24,132 bases of DNA from a virus (Duplodnaviria > Caudoviricetes). The notes beneath the pieces are model-generated. The model was given only the letters and a program-made list of their open reading frames with translations. It was not told the origin of the DNA and made no database searches. Each line of letters begins with the position of its first letter. Position 1 is the stretch's first letter. The DNA lies in IMG/VR virus record IMGVR_UViG_3300020045_013853, positions 1 to 24,132 of that record. One strand, given 5' to 3'. Below are positions 16,606 through 23,301 of the stretch, one piece after another. A program made the translations under genes and the position numbers.

Positions 16606-16708
16606 TGATATAATGATTTTGTGGTCTAGGCTTAGCGGCTGAAAATCCCTTCAGTAAGGATTGACCACTTATTCAATACTGCTTATAAACTTAACTGGAG
16701 TTTATCAA
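16606..16708 (+). ncRNA. Structured leader RNA, copy 2
   Basis: 46/47 nt identical to copy 1 over 16600-16646. P1 GTGGTC/GACCAC, P3 AATCC-CTTCAGTAA-GGATT. Loop complements TACTG 16677-16681 and ACTGGAG 16694-16700. Confidence 0.75.
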
Positions 16709-17599
16709 ATGTCAGAACAAATCTATTGTGTTTATAAACACACATCACCAAGCGGTAAAGCCTATATCGGGCAAACTAATAATTATAAACGTAGAGAATC
16801 AGAGCATAGGAATCATTCACGTGTTGAATGCAGAAGCTTTCAGAATGCCATAAAAAAATATGGATGGGATAATTTCAAGCATGAGATTTTAAAAGAAAAT
16901 CTAAATCTTGAAGAAGCTAATTATTGGGAAATTAAGCTAATAAATGATTTAAAAACATTTTCGCCCAATGGATATAATTTAAAAGGTGGAGGAAATGGGG
17001 TTTCTCATTCGCAGGAAACAATACAAAAAATGATAGCTACTAGGTCTAAAAAAGAATACAGGGATGCTCACTCAATACGCCAAAAATTAATTCATAATGA
17101 CCCTGAAAGAAAAGCTTTGGCATCTAAGAAAACTACTGATTATTTTAAAAAAGAAGAAAATAGAAAAGCGCAATCAATTAGACAAAAAGAATGCCAGAAT
17201 AGACCAGAAGTATTAATAAAAAAATCAGAAGCATCTAAAAAAGCATTATCAGACCCTTTAATAAGAAAAAAAATATCAGATGGGGTTAAGTTATCTCGGG
17301 AAAAAGAGGGATATAAAGAAAAAGTTTCAGAAGCTATGAAAAAATCACATGCTAGACCAGAGGTGAGAAAAAGATTATCAGATTCAATAAAAAAAGCACA
17401 ATCTAAAGAAGGCTATAAAGAAAAGATTTCAATAGCTTTAAAATTAGCTTTATCCAATAAAGATGTAAAAGAAAAAATGTCAATTGCAGGAAAAAATAGG
17501 CAAAAAAGGGAAAAACAAGAAAAAATAGATAGAGAAAAGAAAATAGCAATAGACAATAAGTCATTATTATTTAGTTGGATGCAAACAGATTTATTTTAA
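16709..17599 (+). CDS. Free-standing GIY-YIG homing endonuclease with nine 17-aa helical repeats
   Basis: CVY...GKAYIGQT, R...H, AIKKYGWDNF, E..LI, GYNL.GGG, HSQETIQKM. Start moved to the ATG at 16709 (GGAG RBS). Confidence 0.9.
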   Translation: MSEQIYCVYKHTSPSGKAYIGQTNNYKRRESEHRNHSRVECRSFQNAIKKYGWDNFKHEILKENLNLEEANYWEIKLINDLKTFSPNGYNLKGGGNGVSHSQETIQKMIATRSKKEYRDAHSIRQKLIHNDPERKALASKKTTDYFKKEENRKAQSIRQKECQNRPEVLIKKSEASKKALSDPLIRKKISDGVKLSREKEGYKEKVSEAMKKSHARPEVRKRLSDSIKKAQSKEGYKEKISIALKLALSNKDVKEKMSIAGKNRQKREKQEKIDREKKIAIDNKSLLFSWMQTDLF

Positions 17600-17716
17600 T
17601 CTGTAATAATGATAATCCACCGGATTATTGCATCAGATACAGTTGATACCGCGATTATTGACGTTTTAGAAAAAAGACAAACAATACAAAACGCGCTTTT
17701 ATCTGCCCTTAAATAG
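17600..17716 (+). pseudogene. Displaced duplicate 3' end of the SNF2 helicase gene
   Basis: IIHRIIASDTVDTAIIDVLEKRQTIQNALLSALK* versus helicase end IIHRIICKDTVDSSIIAVVERRENIQTALLKSLK*: 22/34 identical, ungapped. Confidence 0.9.
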
Positions 17717-17764
17717 ACTGGATTGATTATAAACTATTAGTTTAGCCTCTCTAAACCAATCAGG

Positions 17765-17810
17765 CGGTATTATTATAATACCGTTTATAAGATAATGAAT
17801 CACGGTCTGA
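17765..17810 (+). promoter_or_regulatory. Palindromic operator and putative promoter
   Basis: Perfect CGGTATTAT-T-ATAATACCG (17765-17783) containing TATAAT, then GATAAT and TCACGGTCTGA. Confidence 0.55.
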
Positions 17811-17852
17811 GAGAGACAGGATAATTAAAATTAAAAAGAAGAGGATAGCATC

Positions 17853-17975
17853 ATGAAAATTATTGATAAAGACGGGAATGAAGTTTTTAGAAGCTTTTCA
17901 GTCTTGGCAGTATGGGAAGAATTTCACGAAAAATATAATGCTTTGGGTTTTAGAGTAGTAAGCCTTAACTGGTAA
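17853..17975 (+). CDS. 40-aa hypothetical protein
   Basis: MKIIDKDGNEVFRSFSVLAVWEEFHEKYNALGFRVVSLNW*, GAGGA RBS. Confidence 0.55.
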   Translation: MKIIDKDGNEVFRSFSVLAVWEEFHEKYNALGFRVVSLNW

Positions 17976-18023
17976 ACCAAGTTCACCCATTCCCGCAGTC
18001 GCAGGGCTTTTAGGATAGCAATC

Positions 18024-18164
18024 ATGACCAGAACCACCACTGTTATTGGCAAAAAAGACGGTTATTTTAACCGCGTAGTTTTGCGTGGTCATTGGCGCAG
18101 TGAGTCTGTAAATCGCAATGCAATAAAAAGGGGTGTTGTTGTTGAAAAAATAACTTGGAATTAA
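18024..18164 (+). CDS. 46-aa hypothetical protein
   Basis: MTRTTTVIGKKDGYFNRVVLRGHW...; initiation region AGGATAGCAATCATG is nearly identical to that of the previous ORF (AGGATAGCATCATG). Confidence 0.5.
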   Translation: MTRTTTVIGKKDGYFNRVVLRGHWRSESVNRNAIKRGVVVEKITWN

Positions 18165-18168
18165 AATC

Positions 18169-18333
18169 ATGACTCGGTATAAAAAACAGGGATACAGAAA
18201 AACCTTTATAAATGATCGCGGCGTTAAATCAAGTCGCCAATTTTTTGTAAAAACTGTTAGCTACAATCAAATGATTACAGAAATTAATGCTGTGATTTGT
18301 AGAATAAAAGCCACTCACGCAACGGCAAAATGA
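18169..18333 (+). CDS. 54-aa basic hypothetical protein
   Basis: MTRYKKQGYRKTFINDRGVKSSRQFF...; ATGA overlap with the next gene. Confidence 0.5.
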   Translation: MTRYKKQGYRKTFINDRGVKSSRQFFVKTVSYNQMITEINAVICRIKATHATAK

Positions 18334-18533
18334 GACCGTTTGAACAATGCAAAAACGCTGGTCTAGATAGCCTTGCAGAACTTGCAAGGTTAAGCGGACA
18401 GCAAAAACAAAAACTAATCCGCTGGCATAAACAACAACCTTTTTTATTTGAATCGGTTTTAATGTTAGCGGTTTTTAAAAAGAATGGGGAAAATGATGAA
18501 CAGGTTGGAAAAGATTCAGGTCGTAACGCTTGA
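18330..18533 (+). CDS. Small HTH DNA-binding protein
   Basis: P.EQCK.AGL.SLAELARLSG.....LI.W.K..P.LF pattern. Confidence 0.7.
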   Translation: MRPFEQCKNAGLDSLAELARLSGQQKQKLIRWHKQQPFLFESVLMLAVFKKNGENDEQVGKDSGRNA

Positions 18534-18597
18534 TATTGAAGCTTTGGTTATTTTTATTATTGCAATCGTAGGTATTGCTTGGCTGGTGATGGAATGA
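18493..18597 (+). CDS. 34-aa membrane peptide
   Basis: MMNRLEKIQVVTLDIEALVIFIIAIVGIAWLVME*, GGGGA RBS, ATGA overlap downstream. Confidence 0.45.
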   Translation: MMNRLEKIQVVTLDIEALVIFIIAIVGIAWLVME

Positions 18598-18971
18598 ACG
18601 ATTGCGTATTTAGAGCTGTAAAAAAAGCGGCCAATGTTTTTGGTGTTGATATTGAATCAACCGTGTTTGACAGATACAACAACGGTCAAGGGATTGATAC
18701 TTTTTTAATGCCCGGCGTGATTGAAGAGGCAATAAACCCGCACGGATTAACAGTTAAAAAAATACTGGTTGAATCTATCGACGGATTTAAAACAATTGCA
18801 GAAATAAAAGAAAACACCAATTTTTTATTAGCAGAAAGAATCTGTTTTGGTGGTGATATTGTCAGTCCTGCGGTTTTGCTGATGAAGGAACAAGATCACG
18901 TCGAGGCATATACCGGATTTGAGGAGTTTGGAGCTGTAAAAATGGCTATTTGTATCGGAGTAAAAAGATGA
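18594..18971 (+). CDS. Possible papain-like (peptidase C39-like) protein
   Basis: Start at ATG 18594. N-terminal NDCVFRA (Cys) and C-terminal strand-turn-DHVEAY (His). Confidence 0.45.
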   Translation: MNDCVFRAVKKAANVFGVDIESTVFDRYNNGQGIDTFLMPGVIEEAINPHGLTVKKILVESIDGFKTIAEIKENTNFLLAERICFGGDIVSPAVLLMKEQDHVEAYTGFEEFGAVKMAICIGVKR

Positions 18972-19129
18972 AAAAACTATTATTTTTAGCTGTAGTTTTG
19001 CGGCTTGTTGGATTCGACGGTGCTGTTAGCTATTTTGAGCAAGCCAGTCTTGAGGCTTGTATTGCCAATGGTCAAACCGCTGTTAATAATGGTTATTACC
19101 GTTCATATTCGTGTGAGCTGGGGGATTAA
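18968..19129 (+). CDS. 53-aa putative exported peptide
   Basis: MKKLLFLAVVL... with two Cys, ATGA overlap. Confidence 0.5.
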   Translation: MKKLLFLAVVLRLVGFDGAVSYFEQASLEACIANGQTAVNNGYYRSYSCELGD

Positions 19130-19306
19130 ATGAAAAAAGATATGCTTTTATTATTTATTGCATTTATCGCAATGGTGTCGGTAATTGTGTTATCAAGAGA
19201 TAATGCTGTTGAAACTCACACAATACCGCAGAACAAAATGAGCGCGTCACAGGCGTTAGGATTGCAAACTTGTTACAACGATAGTGGCGAATGTAAGCCA
19301 ATTTAA
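19130..19306 (+). CDS. 58-aa membrane-anchored peptide
   Basis: MKKDMLLLFIAFIAMVSVIVLS... with C-terminal CYNDSGEC, GGGGA RBS. Confidence 0.5.
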   Translation: MKKDMLLLFIAFIAMVSVIVLSRDNAVETHTIPQNKMSASQALGLQTCYNDSGECKPI

Positions 19307-19373
19307 ATAAACACCACACTGCAAAGCCCGAAACGCTTGCAATGTGGCTAAACCTGAACAGAGGTCTAAAGAT

Positions 19374-19499
19374 ATGATACTCGAAAAAATAACATATTAC
19401 ATAGGATATGTGGCAATGGTCATAATCCTTTTGTCAGTTGGTGATATTTTTAATTTCATTGGCAAATTGCAATCTTTTTTAATTTCGGTGATGAGATGA
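19374..19499 (+). CDS. 41-aa membrane peptide
   Basis: MILEKITYYIGYVAMVIILLSVGDIFNFIGKLQSFLISVMR*, GAGGT RBS. Confidence 0.45.
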   Translation: MILEKITYYIGYVAMVIILLSVGDIFNFIGKLQSFLISVMR

Positions 19500-19645
19500 G
19501 AAATTACATTGCTTTATTCAACGATCACGGCAAACCGCTAAAAGTAGTCATCACGGCAAAAAATATCAATGATGCTTTTGATAAAGCCTTGTTAAAAGAG
19601 ACCCGGCGCAATCATTTAGTTTCTGTCTGTTTGCAACCGGAGTGA
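19496..19645 (+). CDS. 49-aa hypothetical protein
   Basis: MRNYIALFNDHGKPLKVVITAKNINDAFDKA...; ATGA overlap. Confidence 0.5.
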   Translation: MRNYIALFNDHGKPLKVVITAKNINDAFDKALLKETRRNHLVSVCLQPE

Positions 19646-19649
19646 TGCC

Positions 19650-21011
19650 ATGAAAAAAATCGGATTATTTTTAGGTTTAATGATTACCTGTGCCATTGCG
19701 GTTGCTGAAGTGATGTTTAGTTGGTCACTAGCCGCAACACTGCCAGAACGGCTGTTATTGTGTGCGATTACAGCACCAATGGCGTTAATCGGTGGTGTAA
19801 TTATCAGTGTTGGCAATGAGCATATAGTTCATGGCCGGGCGCGTGGTTATTTTATGTTGTCGTTTAGCGTGTTGTTGTTCTTCTATTGTTGGAATAACTT
19901 TTTAGGCTCGTTATCTATGATTGACAACGGCTATGCTGTCAATTCTGATGCTCAAAAAATGGAAGATTTGAAAAGAGAAATAGTACAAAAAAAGGTAGAT
20001 ATTCTGGCAGTTGGTAAGTTTGACGTAAACAAAGCGGCTGCCGATTTAGAGCGAATGGAGAGAGCAAAAGTACAGTGCAAGCTTTCATGGCGTGAAAAGG
20101 CTAAAGACATGAACGGCACTGGCTGCAAAAGTAAAGCCCTGGCTGGAGAAGATGCGATTAAAATGAAAATTGATGCACAACGCGATTATGTTAAATCGTT
20201 AGACGAGGCCAAGGAAACAATCTCTGAATCAACAGAGTCGGGATGGATGAAAACTAACCCCCACTTTCAGCAAGTAGCCAGGATTATTTTTGGAGCGAAA
20301 GAACGTGCCGAAGATGCCCAGGCATGGTTAAGGTTTATCGGTTCGTTTATTGCAATGAGTATTAGCTTTTTGACTGGTTTTTTCTTTGCCGACGAGTACA
20401 AAACAGCAATTAAAAGGCAGTTAAAAGCGGCTGATGCGATAGCAGCACAACAAGGCTATTCACAACCGCCCCGCCCTGACCCGATAACCGCACAAATAAA
20501 ACAAGCGGCTGCTAATCTGGATAATCGTTTAAATGAAATTATTGCAAAAGGTAAAGAGATAACAATGGCTAAACCAAGTGCTGAGGATTATGAATTGGAT
20601 GAAAGGTTTTTGGATAATCGGTCTGAGCCTAGAAAGCCGTTTATGGGTTTTATTGATACGGATAGTTTGCCGAAGGTTGAGAAGAAAGTACAAGATACAA
20701 ACCATCAGATTCAAAAGCCTATTGTAAAAAATACAACCGTTTGTACTCCCAGCGATACAAAAATACAGAATACAAAAACTGTATTAAACGCTGAAAGCCG
20801 CGATTCTGTAGCGTTCGCTTATGATAAGCTGAAAGAAAATGTACTGAATGGGAATTTTTACCAATCATTTAAAAAATGCAATGGCAGAAATGCAATGGCA
20901 TATTTGAGAAGTATTAATACAAAATGCTCACAAAATACAGCTTATGAATTGGTTGATACTTTGAAAAAAGAAAGCATTATTGATGATATTGGCTTAATAA
21001 AAAATACATAA
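19650..21011 (+). CDS. Multi-TM membrane protein with coiled coil, low-complexity linker and probable C-terminal HTH
   Basis: Three N-terminal hydrophobic helices, a coiled coil, a fourth TM (WLRFIGSFIAMSISFLTGFFF), and a helical C-terminal domain. Confidence 0.75.
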   Translation: MKKIGLFLGLMITCAIAVAEVMFSWSLAATLPERLLLCAITAPMALIGGVIISVGNEHIVHGRARGYFMLSFSVLLFFYCWNNFLGSLSMIDNGYAVNSDAQKMEDLKREIVQKKVDILAVGKFDVNKAAADLERMERAKVQCKLSWREKAKDMNGTGCKSKALAGEDAIKMKIDAQRDYVKSLDEAKETISESTESGWMKTNPHFQQVARIIFGAKERAEDAQAWLRFIGSFIAMSISFLTGFFFADEYKTAIKRQLKAADAIAAQQGYSQPPRPDPITAQIKQAAANLDNRLNEIIAKGKEITMAKPSAEDYELDERFLDNRSEPRKPFMGFIDTDSLPKVEKKVQDTNHQIQKPIVKNTTVCTPSDTKIQNTKTVLNAESRDSVAFAYDKLKENVLNGNFYQSFKKCNGRNAMAYLRSINTKCSQNTAYELVDTLKKESIIDDIGLIKNT

Positions 21012-21023
21012 TTTTGTATTTTC

Positions 21024-21133
21024 TGGTATAATGTAGCCTCAAAACGTGAATACTCTTAGCGGGGGAAAAGCAATTATCGGTAATTGCCTGTCACGTTTCC
21101 AACTCATACCGACAATTTCTAACCGAGGAAATT
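21024..21133 (+). ncRNA. Structured leader RNA, copy 3 (diverged)
   Basis: TGGTATAAT 21024-21032. P1 AAACGTGA/TCACGTTT, P2 CTC-TTAGCG-GGG, GAAAA linker, P3 GCAATTA-TCGG-TAATTGC. Loop complements TACCGA 21107-21112 and ACCGA 21122-21126. Confidence 0.7.
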
Positions 21134-21706
21134 ATGAACAAAATTGAACAGGCTATCGCCTTAATTCTAAGCACTTCTTTAAGTGACAATCAAAAACAAC
21201 AAGCTTTATTGCTTGTATGTTCATCAGAACAAAACCAACCAAAACCCCAATTCAAACCCGTAAAAAACCCGCCACAAGATACGTTTGTTTATCTCATTGA
21301 GAACGAACAAGGACATATCAAAATAGGCTTTTCTGGCAATCCTGAAAAGAGATTAAGCCAATTAAAAACCGGTTGCCCCAGTGCTAAATTGCTTCATAAA
21401 TTCATTGGCACTATGCAAGATGAAAAGCACTTGCAATCATTGTTTTCTGGAAAGAATATCGACAAGGAATGGTTTAGATTAAATGGCGGTGATATTGAAG
21501 AGATAAAGGAGTATTTTGAAGTAAAGAAATCAATCAAAAATACTCAGCTTGAACAGCTAATACAATCAATTAATACAAAAGAGTTTTTTAAAAAAGAAAG
21601 CTTTGTTGGTGTTAATTCAATAAAAAGACAGTGCAAAACTGGAACTGGAAAAGCACAAGTTTTAATGACCATGCTTATTGAGCGTGGGGTTAATTTGTCT
21701 AAGTAA
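21134..21706 (+). CDS. T5orf172/MUG113-like GIY-YIG superfamily nuclease with C-terminal HTH-like domain
   Basis: FVYLI.....IKIGFS.NPEKRL.QL.TG.P, E..L...F......EWF.L. Confidence 0.88.
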   Translation: MNKIEQAIALILSTSLSDNQKQQALLLVCSSEQNQPKPQFKPVKNPPQDTFVYLIENEQGHIKIGFSGNPEKRLSQLKTGCPSAKLLHKFIGTMQDEKHLQSLFSGKNIDKEWFRLNGGDIEEIKEYFEVKKSIKNTQLEQLIQSINTKEFFKKESFVGVNSIKRQCKTGTGKAQVLMTMLIERGVNLSK

Positions 21707-21753
21707 TAAACACACAACAACGGCTATCCAACCATAGCCGTTAGGAGTTCAAA

Positions 21754-21882
21754 ATGAAAAAAATAATAAAACAAATGTTCTGCAATCACGACGAAAAGAT
21801 GTTCTTTGCAGATTTAGGGCATGGCATTAAATTACCAACAGGGTTTAAATGTCACAAATGCGGCAAGGTTTGGCTGTTATGA
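21754..21882 (+). CDS. 42-aa Zn-ribbon protein
   Basis: MKKIIKQMFCNH...FKCHKCGKVWLL*, AGGAG RBS, C-x-H...CxxC ligands. Confidence 0.6.
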   Translation: MKKIIKQMFCNHDEKMFFADLGHGIKLPTGFKCHKCGKVWLL

Positions 21883-22472
21883 CCTTACAACAAATCATCC
21901 AACAAATAAAAAGACTGCCCTATTTTGAGCAGGTCATTATTCGGGAACATCTCGAAGCGGCTCGCGTTCGCTCTTTAGTAATAAAGGACAAAAGCATAGA
22001 GGAAGGCATAGAGCCACCGCTAAACGAAACAATAGCAGAGTTATTCTACAGCAAATGCAAAGAAGAAGAACTGAGCTACAAAGCCCGTCGGGTTATGCTC
22101 CATATTTATGGCTTTTCTGGAATTAGAACGGTTGCTGATATTGCACTAGAAGGCCATAAAATAGAGATTGCTAAAAATAAAGAAGTGCGAAAATTTAACG
22201 CAAAATTGCAAAAAATACACGACGACATTGAAAAGTATTTTAAATCACGTGGATGGATTTATCAGATAGTAAACAAATCGCCTTTTTTTATTAAAACCTT
22301 ACACAAACCGGACAGAGTAAGCAAAACTTTTATTTTGCACGGATTAGAAGAAGATACCGGAAAATATGTGCTTGTCAGAACAGATTACGACAAACAAACA
22401 GGCGAGCAGATTGGTGATGATGATGTTAGTCATTTTGCAACATTTAAAGAATTGAAGGGGGGCATTAAGTGA
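21879..22472 (+). CDS. Hypothetical protein
   Basis: Start moved to ATG 21879 (ATGA overlap). Confidence 0.65.
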   Translation: MTLQQIIQQIKRLPYFEQVIIREHLEAARVRSLVIKDKSIEEGIEPPLNETIAELFYSKCKEEELSYKARRVMLHIYGFSGIRTVADIALEGHKIEIAKNKEVRKFNAKLQKIHDDIEKYFKSRGWIYQIVNKSPFFIKTLHKPDRVSKTFILHGLEEDTGKYVLVRTDYDKQTGEQIGDDDVSHFATFKELKGGIK

Positions 22473-22801
22473 ACCTACTGGATGAAGTATGCCGTGAATG
22501 TGGAGGCTCAGGCTCTCCAAAATATTTGAGATTATCAGAGCAAATTCCCGATGAGATTCCTGCATCACTTTGCGGTGTTTGCGGCGGTTCTGGAAAGATT
22601 CCGCACAAATCAGAAACTAAAAAAGGGCATGATGAAATGAGTTTATTGGTTGAAGAAGCAAAAGCAGTTGTTAGGTCTGGACAATTGTCATATAAAGCAA
22701 TGGTTTTAATTAACGGATTGATTGCTGAAAATGAGCAATTAAAAGAGCAAATTAAAGAACTCGAAGCGGATAAACCGAATAAGGGGCTAGACGACAAATG
22801 A
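22469..22801 (+). CDS. DnaJ-type CxxCxGxG Zn finger protein with C-terminal coiled coil
   Basis: CRECGGSG and CGVCGGSG. Confidence 0.7.
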   Translation: MNLLDEVCRECGGSGSPKYLRLSEQIPDEIPASLCGVCGGSGKIPHKSETKKGHDEMSLLVEEAKAVVRSGQLSYKAMVLINGLIAENEQLKEQIKELEADKPNKGLDDK

Positions 22802-23301
22802 CAAGCATAGAATGGAATAAATTAGTAATTGAGTTTGGCGAACAGGCTTATAAACAGGTATGTATTCGTGTGCCGCCTAACCGTTTTAGTTTTGAAGATA
22901 ATTTTCAGGTTGCTACCTGTGAAGATTTTGAAGAGATTGAGTCGATGCCTTTAACTGAGCTTTTTAGGCTTGATGTTGAGGCGTATGGTGATAATGCGTT
23001 TTTAATTTATGGATATTGCCATTTTGAAGGTGATGTAATAAATGATTTTTCATTCAATAGTCAAATTTTAGGATTGATAGAATCAGGTTATAGCGATAGA
23101 TTAATCCGCAAACAATCCGCCGCTTTGCCGTTTGATTTAGAAAGAGCAAAAGCGGGGGATATTTTTGAGGTAAAAGGCATTGATAATGCGTGGTTTGTAC
23201 CGTCCGAAAGTGAAGAGTCAAATAGTTTGATTACTATTTTTGAATCTTGCCCTAATCGCAAGGATTTACGCATGAAATACCCACCAAGGATAAGCAAATG
23301 A
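22798..23301 (+). CDS. Hypothetical protein, paralog A
   Basis: Shares four conserved blocks with 23298..23831. Confidence 0.75.
   Translation: MTSIEWNKLVIEFGEQAYKQVCIRVPPNRFSFEDNFQVATCEDFEEIESMPLTELFRLDVEAYGDNAFLIYGYCHFEGDVINDFSFNSQILGLIESGYSDRLIRKQSAALPFDLERAKAGDIFEVKGIDNAWFVPSESEESNSLITIFESCPNRKDLRMKYPPRISK

Noticed and set aside
16661-16708. Track start (TTG 16661) for GIY-YIG 2
   Set aside because: It falls within the RNA leader stem. ATG 16709 has a GGAG SD and matches the layout of the other two cassettes.
18465-18480. Additional TTAGCGG matches (here and at 6353-6359 on the minus strand) as leader copies
   Set aside because: They lack P1/P2/P3 stems and the GAAAA linker. One is coding and the other is part of a terminator stem.
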